Counted from the stretch's first letter, positions 1 to 9,521 are shown. The stretch: DNA of 45,333 nucleotides from Candidatus Woesearchaeota archaeon (GCA_007117755.1 SKFY01000014.1:1-45333), one strand, 5' to 3'. Notes: generated by a model not told the origin, from the letters alone. Numbers and translations are program-made.

Positions 1-2
1 AT

Positions 3-245
3 CCAATCAGAGAATTATATAAAGCAGAATGGGTCTTAAATAATTTTCCTGCACAAAGAAAATACTTCTACCAAGAATATTCTAAATATGTAAAATTACC
101 AAGGAATTACAAAAAAAGACTCGAATTTTATGAACTACTAGGTAGATTAAAACACATACAATACCGAAAAAAATTCGAGATAACCACCGAAGGTAAAAAA
201 ACTATTAAAGAAGGAATAAGAATTATAAAAAAAATAATAAATTAA
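3..245 (+). CDS. 3' fragment of a CDS entering from the left edge; the tail weakly resembles APH/choline-kinase-type phosphotransferases
   Basis: Frame 3 is open from the window edge to TAA at 243-245 (80 aa). The tail ...KKRLEFYELLGRLKHI resembles the C-terminal RIAFYRLLDEF helix of aminoglycoside phosphotransferases. It is absent from the ORF track because there is no start codon. Confidence 0.35.
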   Translation, partial: PIRELYKAEWVLNNFPAQRKYFYQEYSKYVKLPRNYKKRLEFYELLGRLKHIQYRKKFEITTEGKKTIKEGIRIIKKIIN

Positions 246-338
246 AATAAAACGTCATGTGCATACTTTATTATCACTCGTGAAATACATTGAGAATTTT
301 CGATAAATTTATAACAAATCTTCTTTTATAAATATTAA

Positions 339-1349
339 ATGAAAATAGGATGGATACTTTCTGGAGGTAAAGACGTTGCAGGTGCCAGAATCCAAGGCTG
401 GAATATGCACGAATATCTTCTCAAATCAGGAATAGAATCTGAAATCATTTCAGGTCCTGAAATTATGAACACAGATTTTCATTTTTCAAAAAGAGAAATC
501 AATGAATTTACTAATAAAGAATTCGATGTGATTCTAGTACAAAAAATTCAGTCAGGAAGGAATTTTCAGTTTTTTCTAGATATGTGTAAAAAAAATAATA
601 TTAAAGTAATCTATATTGGTATTGACAGAATAAACTTAGATTTTGCAATTTCTTGCGATGGTATTATCACAGTTTCTGAATATATAAAAAATCAAATACC
701 TGAAGAATATCAAAAAAAAGTTTTTATGGTCTTTGATGGATTCGAACATGATGGAGAATTACAAAAAAAACATAACGAATTTAAGAAATTTAAACTAGTA
801 TTTACTTCAAATATTGTTTTCTCAAAATTTCCTCAAATTGAGCATTTGCCTAAGAATGTCTCTTTAAAAATTATAGGCCCTCCTGAAAAAAAAATAAAGA
901 AATTCGCTCAAAAACTATCTTTTAACAAAAAAGGTAAAATATTCTCAGACACACCTTATGATTTCGAATATATTCTTTGGAATCTTAACACTGTAGATAA
1001 AGAAATTCTTGAATGTGATGTTGCAGTAATACCTTACCCTGATGAAATACTCAAAGAAAATTTTATTATTAGAAAATCAAGCAACAGATTAATAATGTTT
1101 ATGTCCTATGGATTGCCTGTAATTGTATCACCACATCCAGAATATAAAAAATTAATAAAACAAGGAGAAAATGGCTTTATTGCAAATAATCATTCTGAGT
1201 GGATAAAATATGTTGAATTCTTGCGAGATAATCCTGACAAAAGAAAAGAAATTGGACAGAAAGCAAGGTTAACTGTGATTGACAAATATTCTTTAAAAAG
1301 ACAAGGGAGCTTATATCTCAATATAATAAAAAAAGTGTTAAAGATGTAA
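339..1349 (+). CDS. glycosyltransferase, GT-B fold (family 1/4-like)
   Basis: 336-aa ORF. The C-terminal half has a GT1-type pattern (SSNRLIMFMSYGLPVIVSP...GENGFIA). A TATA-like aaatttataac at 305-315 lies ~29 nt upstream of the ATG. Confidence 0.6.
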   Translation: MKIGWILSGGKDVAGARIQGWNMHEYLLKSGIESEIISGPEIMNTDFHFSKREINEFTNKEFDVILVQKIQSGRNFQFFLDMCKKNNIKVIYIGIDRINLDFAISCDGIITVSEYIKNQIPEEYQKKVFMVFDGFEHDGELQKKHNEFKKFKLVFTSNIVFSKFPQIEHLPKNVSLKIIGPPEKKIKKFAQKLSFNKKGKIFSDTPYDFEYILWNLNTVDKEILECDVAVIPYPDEILKENFIIRKSSNRLIMFMSYGLPVIVSPHPEYKKLIKQGENGFIANNHSEWIKYVEFLRDNPDKRKEIGQKARLTVIDKYSLKRQGSLYLNIIKKVLKM

Positions 1350-1371
1350 AAAATCGTTGCACTATCCACAG

Positions 1372-1390
1372 GTCTTTTCTAAGAAAAGAC
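1372..1390 (+). terminator. perfect 8-bp hairpin with T-tract downstream of the glycosyltransferase gene
   Basis: gtcttttc-taa-gaaaagac sits 23 nt after the stop at 1349. The T-rich stem is compatible with archaeal oligo-T termination. Confidence 0.35.
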
Positions 1391-1438
1391 GCAAATAACA
1401 AAGATTAAATGCTATTTTATTATTGGTTTTTCAACATA

Positions 1439-1448
1439 TTTATAAATA
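1439..1448 (+). promoter_or_regulatory. archaeal TATA box for the 2H-phosphoesterase gene (leaderless spacing)
   Basis: tttataaata is centred ~26 nt upstream of the ATG at 1469. Confidence 0.5.
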
Positions 1449-1468
1449 GTTAAATTTGTGTATTACTT

Positions 1469-1993
1469 ATGTATATTTTAGTCCATTATATTGATGAACC
1501 AAGTAAGAGTCAAATCCAAAAATGTATTAACCAAATCATGACTGATTTTGAAGTTTTTGATATGACTGGAATTGAACCTCACTTCACTTTGAAATATTAT
1601 TTTGAAAAAGACAATCTTGAAAAAATAGAAACTATTTGTGAAGAAATATCAGAAAAATTAACTTCAGGAGAATATCAAATAACAAATTTGGGAGACTTTT
1701 CAAAAGAAACTATTTTTCTTAATTTAGAACTGGATTATAAATCTGAAAAAGTTTATCAAGAATTATTTTCAAAAATTAAAGAATCAAAAATTCCATTAGA
1801 AGATCATGAAAAAAACGGAATTCATTTCCACATAACTTTAGCTCAACAAACTAAAAAAGAATTTTCTTCTATAATGAATTTTTTATCTCATAAAAATTTT
1901 CGACAAACACAAAAACTCAGTAATTTAACAATTCTCTATTTTAACGGAGAAGAATTTACAATACACAAACAATACAAACTAAAAAACAAATAA
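1469..1993 (+). CDS. 2H phosphoesterase superfamily (LigT/ThpR-like RNA 2',3'-cyclic phosphodiesterase)
   Basis: 174 aa with two H-x-T motifs at the typical spacing (EPHFTLKY and IHFHITLAQ). Confidence 0.6.
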   Translation: MYILVHYIDEPSKSQIQKCINQIMTDFEVFDMTGIEPHFTLKYYFEKDNLEKIETICEEISEKLTSGEYQITNLGDFSKETIFLNLELDYKSEKVYQELFSKIKESKIPLEDHEKNGIHFHITLAQQTKKEFSSIMNFLSHKNFRQTQKLSNLTILYFNGEEFTIHKQYKLKNK

Positions 1994-2140
1994 TAAAACA
2001 CTCCTTTTCCTCGTCTTCGACCACAGTACTCGGGGACGGCTTACAGCCTTTCGCTTCGTTTGACCATCATTTAACACCCATTATATCCAATCAAACTCAA
2101 TTATAAACATTAAAAAAATATAATACAAAAAAAGTTAAGT

Positions 2141-2665
2141 TCAATCAGAATATTCTTTCAACGCTAAATTTTCAATTTTTTGTAAAAAAGATTTTTTATA
2201 TTCTCTATATTTTTTTCCCTCACCATCAGCATGTTTAATCGCTTCTTTCTTAATTCGTTCATAATCTTCTATTAATTTCGGATTTTTTCTTAAATAATCT
2301 CTCACAGCCAACAAAGATTTCCAAGTTTCACTATTGCTGTGAGTTAACTGTATATGAACTCGCCTTTCATTTCTTTTGTATTTTATTACTTTTTGAAAGA
2401 AAAATCTTTCCTTATCACCTCCATTTGGTCGTAAGTCATAACCATTTTTTTCTAATTTTTTTATAGAGTTTTGAATTTGATTTTTTGGAACAGAAATTGC
2501 AACATCAATAATTCCTTTTCCACCAAGCCCCTTTATTGATGAACTTCCAACATGCTCTATTTCTGCTCCGGTAAAAATCTTTTTTAATTTATTTTTTTCT
2601 CTATTAAAAAGCAGCACGTATTTTTCTGAATATTTATTAAAAGAGTATTTTTTAAGATCCGCCAT
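2141..2665 (-). CDS. GrpB/UPF0157 family protein
   Basis: 174 aa. IEHVGSSSIKGLGGKGIIDVAISV matches the GrpB signature (EHIGST.VPGL.AKPIIDI). Confidence 0.65.
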   Translation of the reverse strand: MADLKKYSFNKYSEKYVLLFNREKNKLKKIFTGAEIEHVGSSSIKGLGGKGIIDVAISVPKNQIQNSIKKLEKNGYDLRPNGGDKERFFFQKVIKYKRNERRVHIQLTHSNSETWKSLLAVRDYLRKNPKLIEDYERIKKEAIKHADGEGKKYREYKKSFLQKIENLALKEYSD

Positions 2666-2745
2666 GTTTTATTATTTGATTATTTACAGATTTATTAATT
2701 TATCTCATCAATACCTGCTTTTTTTATTACCACTATAACATATAA

Positions 2746-2976
2746 TTGCTATGGAAATTTAACAAGTATGTTTATGTTTCTCAAAAGAATAATAAAGTGT
2801 CTTATGACGAGCCAGAAGCAGAACATTACTACTACGATAAAATTGATTTCGAGAAAGCATTTCAAAAAGCAAATGCAAAACCTATTAAATGGTATTCAGG
2901 ATTCAACAATAAAACTGGAAAATACGAAGTATTCAAAGAAGACGTATCAGCAATGATCTCACCATTATTCAAATAA
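2746..2976 (+). CDS. hypothetical small protein (TTG start)
   Basis: 76-aa ORF with no recognisable motif. It overlaps alternative-frame ORFs 2768-2956 and 2862-3071, so the coding call is weak. Confidence 0.25.
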   Translation: MLWKFNKYVYVSQKNNKVSYDEPEAEHYYYDKIDFEKAFQKANAKPIKWYSGFNNKTGKYEVFKEDVSAMISPLFK

Positions 2977-2985
2977 AAAAAAGAA

Positions 2986-3558
2986 ATGTTTTTAAAGTTG
3001 TTCCTTCCTTTTATTACCATGAAGAAAAAACACTTCAGATTTTTGAGTTTGGTATTTTTCCTTATCGGCATCTTACTATTAATAAACTCAACAACAAATA
3101 TTACAGGAGCTGTTGTTGGAGTTTCAAATATTTCCTTAGGACTCAGTTCTATTCTAGGAATTGTTTTTATCTTGGCTTCTACAGCACTTTTTGTTAGTGG
3201 AGAAAGTTTGGATGATTTATTTTATGAAGACCATGCTTTTGATAGAATGAAGGAAAGAAAGATATTTCCATCAATAATAAAAGATGCTATTGAATATGGG
3301 GAACATTACAAATTAAAAAAACAAGAAAATTTCGGTGAAGCTAAAGGAGCGACTGATGTGTATATTAAAAGACATACTGCAGATATTTTGCCGGGAAAAG
3401 GCAATATAGGGGAGAGAATAATAACAATTAGAGAACCTTCAGAAGAAAGAGAATATAAAAATATAATCGTTTTAACAGAGGAGAGAGATGTTATTAAAAC
3501 GGTTTATGTTAGAAATGATAAAGAATTAGAAGCATTTTTTAACAGATATATAAGATAA
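2986..3558 (+). CDS. membrane-anchored DUF4258-like protein
   Basis: N-terminal TM segments are followed by HAFDRMKERKIFPSIIKDAIEYGEHY, which matches the DUF4258 pattern (HA..RM..R.I....I...I..G). The true start may be the ATG at 3019 (MKKKHFRF). Confidence 0.5.
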   Translation: MFLKLFLPFITMKKKHFRFLSLVFFLIGILLLINSTTNITGAVVGVSNISLGLSSILGIVFILASTALFVSGESLDDLFYEDHAFDRMKERKIFPSIIKDAIEYGEHYKLKKQENFGEAKGATDVYIKRHTADILPGKGNIGERIITIREPSEEREYKNIIVLTEERDVIKTVYVRNDKELEAFFNRYIR

Positions 3559-3559
3559 A

Positions 3560-4390
3560 TTATAATTTTTTAATTCTATAATTTTGGTGAAATTTGTTAA
3601 GTGCTTCAGTGTTAGGATTATTTTGAAGATTTGATTTGTGATAGGCAGAAATTAGTCCTTTATCAAGATCTTGAATAACCCTTTCTAATTCTCTACGATC
3701 ATAACCTCTCGCAACTCCTCTTTCTCCAAAATATTTTATTTTTAACATTGGCTCAATAATTTGTTCATTAAATCGTTTATTTAACCTACTAATATCTGAA
3801 CAAACATATCCTTCCTCAAGAATTGTAATTCCAGTCATATAAACTCTTAAAGCGTATAAATCTTTTTTGACACCCTCTGCTTTTGTTTTTCCAGACCACA
3901 TATCTCTTGCAAAATTCAAATAATGATTAAAAATCTTTTTACTTAGTGCATTTTCCTTTACAGAATCTCTTAATTGTTGAAAATCTGGTGACTGATAAAT
4001 TATTAAATCGCTAAAAGGCCATTCAATTCTATTTCCATTTGAAGAGGCAACTAATTGAAGATAGTGTCTTAATTCGTCAACAGATACATCTAATTTCCTA
4101 TCCTTACTCATAAATTCAAAAACTTTTCTTTCTTTCGGTTTAATATCAAAAAAACTTTTAGAATCAGAAGAATAAACTCCTCTAATGTCGATATCGGAGT
4201 CTTTTGAAGGAAAACCAAAATTATGCGCTCCTGAGATCATTAAAAAAAGAGGTTCTCCACAGGTTTTTAATTTTTCAAAAATATGTTCTTTTTCGCACAA
4301 TTCAAGAGCTTGTTCTAAATATTGTTTATTGTTGTCCATCCTCAATAGAAGAATATTCCACTCTTTTATAAAATTATCTGTTTTTATCAC
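3560..4390 (-). CDS. nucleotidyltransferase (COG3541-like, Pol-beta superfamily)
   Basis: 276 aa. GAHNFGFPSKDSDIDIRGVY fits the G-[SA] ... D-x-D nucleotidyltransferase motif. Confidence 0.55.
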   Translation of the reverse strand: MIKTDNFIKEWNILLLRMDNNKQYLEQALELCEKEHIFEKLKTCGEPLFLMISGAHNFGFPSKDSDIDIRGVYSSDSKSFFDIKPKERKVFEFMSKDRKLDVSVDELRHYLQLVASSNGNRIEWPFSDLIIYQSPDFQQLRDSVKENALSKKIFNHYLNFARDMWSGKTKAEGVKKDLYALRVYMTGITILEEGYVCSDISRLNKRFNEQIIEPMLKIKYFGERGVARGYDRRELERVIQDLDKGLISAYHKSNLQNNPNTEALNKFHQNYRIKKL

Positions 4391-4513
4391 TGTTGAGTTG
4401 CTACTTAATTAGCGGGAGTTCCTCTAGTTTTTACATAAATCAACTTTAATCCTAATAATATCTGTGTCTAATAAAAGAAAATAATTAAAAGCACGAAAGT
4501 CTTTTTTCAAAAT

Positions 4514-5002
4514 ATGCCAAAGATAATTATAATTCACGGAGCCATGGGAAGCGGAAAAAGCACTATATCGTCTGAGTTATCTAAAGCCCTTCCTGATTAT
4601 GTTTTAGTAGATAGGGCTTATTTTAAAGATACAATGCTTACTAATATTAAAAAACAAAATCGTGAATTAGCAATTACTCTGAGTAAAGAGATAATGTTTT
4701 TTATTTCTAAAAAATTATTAGGAGAAGGATATAATATTATTCTGACTGAGATAAGAATTTCAAAGGTTAAAGAAATGTTTGGAGAAAAATACCCTATTCA
4801 CTCTTTTTATCTGGAGTGTAGTTTAGAAGAATGCCAAAGAAGAGACGCCCAACGCCAAAATAAATATGATAGACCGGAAAGAGTTAAAGAAATGCACGAA
4901 AAACACGCTCATTCAGACAAAGAAGATATAATTATAGATACAGAGAAAAACTCGGTTAAAGACTGTGTAGGATTAATTCTAAAACAAATAGAAAAAAAAT
5001 AA
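4514..5002 (+). CDS. P-loop kinase (AAA_33/zeta-toxin-like small-molecule or nucleotide kinase)
   Basis: 162 aa with Walker A IIIHGAMGSGKSTIS at the N-terminus. Confidence 0.55.
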   Translation: MPKIIIIHGAMGSGKSTISSELSKALPDYVLVDRAYFKDTMLTNIKKQNRELAITLSKEIMFFISKKLLGEGYNIILTEIRISKVKEMFGEKYPIHSFYLECSLEECQRRDAQRQNKYDRPERVKEMHEKHAHSDKEDIIIDTEKNSVKDCVGLILKQIEKK

Positions 5003-5121
5003 CTGAACTTCTTTCTTTTCCTTACGATCTTTTTGGAATTTTTAAGATTGTTTACAATAAGTTAAAGGATCGGGCTTTATACAGAAAAGTTTTTATTCAT
5101 AAACCTTTATTTTAATGTATT

Positions 5122-5574
5122 GTGGAAGTTAAATCAATTCAAAATCAAGATGAAATTAACAAACTTTTAGATTTGTTTATTCGAGTTTTTTCTGAACCAC
5201 CCTATGAAGAAGTCTGGACAAGAGAATCTGCTTTTAAAAGATTATCTGAAATTTATGAAAGAGGAAAAGATTTTTGCTTATACATTGAACAAAATAGACA
5301 AATAATAGGTATGATATTTTGTCAAATACAGACCTGGCAAGACGGCATACATGTTATTATTGAAGATGTAGTAGTTGATTCCAAACAAAGAAATAAAGGA
5401 ATAGGTGCTTTATTAGTGAAAAAAATTGAAGAAATTGCTAAAGAAAAAAATATTACGTCTATTGATTTGCTGTCAAATACTAAATCTAAAGCCGTTGATT
5501 TTTGGAAGAAGCAAGGTTATGAAACTAATGGATACGTCCAATTTATGAAAAGAATAGAAAACAGTACATCCTAA
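5122..5574 (+). CDS. GNAT family N-acetyltransferase (GTG start)
   Basis: VVVDSKQRNKGIGALLVKKIEEIAKEK is the GNAT acetyl-CoA binding motif A (Q/R-x-x-G-x-G/A). Confidence 0.75.
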   Translation: MEVKSIQNQDEINKLLDLFIRVFSEPPYEEVWTRESAFKRLSEIYERGKDFCLYIEQNRQIIGMIFCQIQTWQDGIHVIIEDVVVDSKQRNKGIGALLVKKIEEIAKEKNITSIDLLSNTKSKAVDFWKKQGYETNGYVQFMKRIENSTS

Positions 5575-5651
5575 CACTGCAAAAAATATAAAAAAAAAAT
5601 ATTTAATAGAAACGAAAAGATTTATATTGTTAATAAAGCAGTCTTGTTTAT

Positions 5652-6395
5652 ATGACAGAATATGATAAGTTAGCCGAGCATTATTTAGCAAGGAGAAAAG
5701 ATAAAACGAGGCTTGATTACAACAGAGATATTGAAGTCCCTGCTTTAATTAAAATGATAGGGGATGTGAAAAACAAAATCGTTCTTGATATGGGTTGTGG
5801 TTTTGGAGATCATGCTAAAAAATTATCCAAGCAAAATTACAAAAAATTAGTTGGATTCGATATTAGCAAAGAATTAGTCAAATATGCAAACCAACAAAAA
5901 ATTCCTAATTCTACTTTTTACGTAGGGGAAATGAGTAAAAAATTAAAACACGAAGATTTAAGCTTTGATATTGTTTATTCTAGTCTTGCAATACATTACA
6001 TAAAAAATATTAACAAATTATTCAAAGAAGTGAATCGTGTTTTAAAGAAAAAAGGAATTTTTTGTTTTTCTACAGGACACCCAATTTTTAACTTGATTAA
6101 TCAAAATGATGATAATATGGTTGGTGTGAAAAGGCAACCAGATGGAAAATTAATACTGTTTGGTGATTATTTTGATGAATCTCCTAAGCCAAATGATTTA
6201 GGAAGCTTGGGAAAGGTCGAACTTTGTAACTTTACTTACGAGACACTAATTAAAGCAGGAATAGATAATGGATTTGAATTAATCGATTATAAAGATGCTA
6301 AGCCAACTAAAAGTTCTGAAAATTATGATTCTGAAAAATACAGATTGACAAATACCTTACCAACCTTTATCTTGTTTAAATTCAAGAAAAAATAA
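5652..6395 (+). CDS. class I SAM-dependent methyltransferase
   Basis: Motif I VLDMGCGFGDHAKKL, followed by the typical post-I and motif II spacing (DIVYSSLAIHYI). Confidence 0.8.
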   Translation: MTEYDKLAEHYLARRKDKTRLDYNRDIEVPALIKMIGDVKNKIVLDMGCGFGDHAKKLSKQNYKKLVGFDISKELVKYANQQKIPNSTFYVGEMSKKLKHEDLSFDIVYSSLAIHYIKNINKLFKEVNRVLKKKGIFCFSTGHPIFNLINQNDDNMVGVKRQPDGKLILFGDYFDESPKPNDLGSLGKVELCNFTYETLIKAGIDNGFELIDYKDAKPTKSSENYDSEKYRLTNTLPTFILFKFKKK

Positions 6396-6548
6396 AAACG
6401 AATACTTTGAGTGGACAAATTTATATAAAAAAAGCCTTTTTTTAGGGTTATGGATTTGGAAATAAGAAAATCTAGAAGAAATGATATCAATATATGATTA
6501 AAAAAAAACGAAGTTTTTTTAATAAAGAAAAAATAAGCTTAAAATAAT

Positions 6549-6974
6549 ATGGGAGATGGAATAAGTATATACGAAACTCGTCATTGGGAAGTCATCCTCC
6601 TGCCCGATCAAGCATACTTAGGAAGATGCGTGGTTGTTCTCAAAAGAGAATGTGGAAAACTGTCAAATTTAACTTTGGACGAATGGATAGATTTTCACAA
6701 TAATATTGTTAAAAAATTAGAATTTGCTTTCAAAAAAGCATTTAATGCAACAATGTTTAATTGGAGTTGTTTAATGAATAATGCTTTCAAAGCCGAAAAC
6801 CCAAAACCACAAGTTCATTGGCATTTAAGACCAAGATACGAAAAAGATGTTGAATTTGCCAAGGAAAAATTTCAAGATCTAGAATTCAGCCATCATTATA
6901 ACAAGGAAAGAAAAATGATTGTCTCAAAAGATGTTCTTGAAAAAATTTCTGAAGAAGTAAAGAAATGTTTTTAG
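6549..6974 (+). CDS. HIT-like family protein
   Basis: 141 aa. YETRHWEVILLPDQAYLGRCVVVLKRE plus PQVHWHLRPRY forms a degenerate histidine triad with only two His. Confidence 0.45.
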   Translation: MGDGISIYETRHWEVILLPDQAYLGRCVVVLKRECGKLSNLTLDEWIDFHNNIVKKLEFAFKKAFNATMFNWSCLMNNAFKAENPKPQVHWHLRPRYEKDVEFAKEKFQDLEFSHHYNKERKMIVSKDVLEKISEEVKKCF

Positions 6975-7017
6975 TTCTAGATAAATATTTATATACATCT
7001 CTCAATATTATAATTTT

Positions 7018-7764
7018 ATGGTTAAAATAGTTGCAATAGGAGGCGGGGAGAACGGAAGGCCTGGAACTGAATACGAAACTAAAAAAATTGATGAAGAAAT
7101 AGTTAAACTTTCAGGAAAAAAACAACCTTTTGTTTTATTTATTCCACCACCTAGTCAGTTTCAAGAAAGTTATTTTCAAGTAATGCAAAAAGTATTTGTA
7201 AAACTAGGCTGTGAAATCACCCCACTATACTTAAGCAATCCCCCTCCTGAAAAAAGAGAACTGGAAAAAGCCATATTAGGCACGGATATAATTTATGTCG
7301 GTGGAGGAAACACACTAAAGATGTTGAAATATTGGAGAAAACACGGCATTGATAAATTACTTCAAAAAGCTGCAAAAAAAGACATAGTATTATCCGGACT
7401 AAGTGCAGGAGCAATTTGCTGGTTCACATCAGGCTGTTCTGATTCAAAAAAATTCACAAAGCCAGACGCGGGTTTAATGAAAATAAAAGGTTTGGATTTT
7501 ATACCCGCACTGTATTGTCCTCATTACGACGTTGAAGCTGACAGAAAACCAGAATTAAAAGAAGTAATGAAAAGAACAACAGAAATAGGTTTAGCATTCG
7601 ATAATTGTAGCGCTATAGAAATTATAAACGACGAATATAGAATAATTACTTCAGATAAAAAAGCAAATGCTTACAGAAACTATTGGAAAAACGGAAAGTA
7701 TCACGAAGAAATCATCACTAAGAAAAAAACATTCACGCCCTTAAGCAAATTATTAAAAAAATAA
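7018..7764 (+). CDS. peptidase S51 (dipeptidase E / cyanophycinase-like)
   Basis: GGGNTLKMLKYWRKHGIDKLL...VLSGLSAGAICW contains the S51 nucleophile-Ser context. A TATA-like aaatatttatatac lies ~27 nt upstream of the ATG. Confidence 0.7.
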   Translation: MVKIVAIGGGENGRPGTEYETKKIDEEIVKLSGKKQPFVLFIPPPSQFQESYFQVMQKVFVKLGCEITPLYLSNPPPEKRELEKAILGTDIIYVGGGNTLKMLKYWRKHGIDKLLQKAAKKDIVLSGLSAGAICWFTSGCSDSKKFTKPDAGLMKIKGLDFIPALYCPHYDVEADRKPELKEVMKRTTEIGLAFDNCSAIEIINDEYRIITSDKKANAYRNYWKNGKYHEEIITKKKTFTPLSKLLKK

Positions 7765-7797
7765 AAATACGCCTTTTTTCCTCGCGTCATATTATTT

Positions 7798-8286
7798 CTA
7801 TGCCTTTTGAAGTTTTTCTTTAGAATATATAATTATATGTTTGTTTTTACTTTCTTTAGTCATGGGTATTCCTGCTTCTTCTCCTAATTTTTGAATTTCT
7901 GCTTTGTTCATGTTTGATTCGCGTATGAAAAGTACTTCGACATCATATTTGTCTTCAATGAATCCCTTATTACGATAAGCCAAATTCATGTTGTCTTCTG
8001 GAAAAGGTTTTCCATCAGGTTCTCTATCAAGCCAATCAGGGATTTTAAAGTCGTCTTTAACAAATACAATAAAATCAAAATCAGAAAATAAACTTCCTCT
8101 AAATCCTGGAGGTTCATATTCTCCAAAGCTATTCTTAAGTGCTGAACCAATTAATACGATTTTAATAATATCCTTATTAGGTAAGAACTTATTTTTTATT
8201 TTACTAATTGCTTTATTTCTTAACTCAATCGTTTTTTTCTCAGAGTAAATTATCTTATGAGGTCTTGATTTTAAATGATAATCCAT
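7798..8286 (-). CDS. nucleotidyltransferase-domain protein (MNT/Pol-beta-like)
   Basis: VLIGSALKNSFGEYEP...SDFDFIVFV fits the G-S ... D-x-D pattern. Confidence 0.45.
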   Translation of the reverse strand: MDYHLKSRPHKIIYSEKKTIELRNKAISKIKNKFLPNKDIIKIVLIGSALKNSFGEYEPPGFRGSLFSDFDFIVFVKDDFKIPDWLDREPDGKPFPEDNMNLAYRNKGFIEDKYDVEVLFIRESNMNKAEIQKLGEEAGIPMTKESKNKHIIIYSKEKLQKA

Positions 8287-8388
8287 AATTATTATAAATT
8301 ACTTTGATTCTTAAATATTATGGAAAACATGATCTGGCCAGTTCCTAACGCGAAAAAATTCTTGCCTAAATCAAAGCATAGAAAAGAG

Positions 8389-8826
8389 TTAAAACTTCTT
8401 TGCTCTTTCCTTATGCCATTCTTCGGCTTCTTTAGGCAAGGGGAGAAAACCCCATTTCTCAGCCCACTCATCAGCATCTACTTCTAAATCATCACCATCT
8501 TCTTCTTTCCAATTCCTACCTTGCATTGCATGGCCTAATTCGTGTGCAATAACCCACTTTAGAAGAGAAATAGGCATATTTTTATGAATGGTAAGTTGCA
8601 TAATTTTAAATTTTCCTTTAATAGAATCTAAATGAAATAGTTGACCATAAGGTTTTTCATGCAATACAGATAGAACAAGATTTTTAGTAGCTATAGCAAA
8701 ATCTTCATCGGGTAAAGCGAGAAGAACCTCTCTTAAAGCTTTCTTTGTTTTTTTATAATCAGGCCCTTGAGCCGTGAATGTTCTTTGAGCTTCAATAAAT
8801 TTATCAACATCAGACTCTTTTGCCAT
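8389..8826 (-). CDS. ImmA/IrrE (DUF955)-like zinc metallopeptidase
   Basis: VIAHELGHAMQG is an HExxH motif. It is followed by EVDADEWAEKWGF, resembling the downstream E..AN.FA motif of DUF955. Confidence 0.45.
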   Translation of the reverse strand: MAKESDVDKFIEAQRTFTAQGPDYKKTKKALREVLLALPDEDFAIATKNLVLSVLHEKPYGQLFHLDSIKGKFKIMQLTIHKNMPISLLKWVIAHELGHAMQGRNWKEEDGDDLEVDADEWAEKWGFLPLPKEAEEWHKERAKKF

Positions 8827-8923
8827 AAAACAATATACTGTACAAGAAAGTATATAAAAGTATTTAATCCGAAAAAGGAATTATTTTAAGAAAGTTTATA
8901 AAGTAAATTTGTTAGTATTAAGT

Positions 8924-9394
8924 ATGGAAATTCCTTTTTATAAACAAGAATATACGTATACATGTGGAGCCGCCGCTATGAGAATGGTTCTTGAAAGAAG
9001 CGGTGTTAAAAAATCTGAGAAGCAAATAGTTAGGATTCTGAAAACTAATAAAGTTAGAGGGACGTGGCATAAAGATTTTCCTAGAGTGGCTGAGAAGTAC
9101 AAATTAAATTATATTGTTAAAAGAAACAGTTCTATTGAAGATTTAAAAAAATACCAAAAACAAGGCTATAACCTGGTAATATGCTATTATTACCCACCTG
9201 AAAAGGTAGATCACTATTCTGTTCTGAAAAAAATTGATAAAGAAAATATATATTTTTATGATCCTTACTTTGGAGAAGACCATAAGTATTCGTTAAATTA
9301 TTTTTTAAAGATATGGAAGTCAAACCCCAAGTATGATGGTGAAAAAAGATGGTTTTTTGGAGTTAAAAAAGGTGGATTAAATGGGAAAGTATGA
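8924..9394 (+). CDS. peptidase C39-like (papain-fold cysteine peptidase) domain protein
   Basis: YKQEYTYTCGAAAMRMVL is a catalytic-Cys context like C39_2. The ORF track starts at TTG 8909. The in-frame ATG at 8924 lies 27 nt downstream of a TATA-like aagtttataaag (8892-8903), so I prefer it. Confidence 0.5.
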   Translation: MEIPFYKQEYTYTCGAAAMRMVLERSGVKKSEKQIVRILKTNKVRGTWHKDFPRVAEKYKLNYIVKRNSSIEDLKKYQKQGYNLVICYYYPPEKVDHYSVLKKIDKENIYFYDPYFGEDHKYSLNYFLKIWKSNPKYDGEKRWFFGVKKGGLNGKV

Positions 9395-9521
9395 ATATAA
9401 ATGTGTGGCAATATGCGGTCTAGGAGATAGAACTACAAGGAAGCTGAACGAGTATGGCAAAGAAGGCTGGGAATTGGTAGGTAATAGTTGGATCTGGCAT
9501 TATTTTAAAAGGAAAAAATGA
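9381..9521 (+). CDS. DUF4177-like small protein (not in ORF track)
   Basis: 46-aa ORF MGKYEYKCVAICGLGDRTTRKLNEYGKEGWELVGNSWIWHYFKRKK. The YEYK...LN.YG.EGWELV pattern is typical of DUF4177. Its stop overlaps the next ATG (ATGA at 9518-9521). Confidence 0.45.
   Translation: MGKYEYKCVAICGLGDRTTRKLNEYGKEGWELVGNSWIWHYFKRKK

Noticed and set aside
1994-2140. Intergenic patch that is relatively GC-rich (ctcggggacggcttacagcctttcgcttcg), considered as a tRNA, C/D-box sRNA or other small RNA
   Set aside because: I could not fold a cloverleaf and found no T-loop GTTCRANNC. No C box (RUGAUGA) / D box (CUGA) pair occurs on either strand. Only a short ggct-gta-agcc hairpin is present. It would need an Infernal or tRNAscan run to revisit.
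2768-3071. Overlapping ORFs 2768-2956 (+) and 2862-3071 (-) around the 76-aa hypothetical gene
   Set aside because: They are mutually exclusive, low-complexity and motif-free. At most one frame here is coding, and even that one is doubtful.
6450-6497. 15-aa ORF MDLEIRKSRRNDINI that resembles the N-terminus of a GNAT acetyltransferase, possibly a gene remnant
   Set aside because: It is far too short for any statistical support, and no downstream frame-shifted continuation with GNAT motifs was seen.
8292-8477. 61-aa minus-strand ORF overlapping the 3' end of the DUF955-like gene
   Set aside because: It is an alternative frame of a better-supported ORF and has no motif.
7798-8826. Nucleotidyltransferase plus neighbouring ORF considered as an MNT-HEPN toxin-antitoxin pair
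   Set aside because: The neighbour carries HExxH (DUF955-like) rather than the HEPN Rx4-6H motif. The genes are ~100 nt apart, and no XRE-type partner is present.
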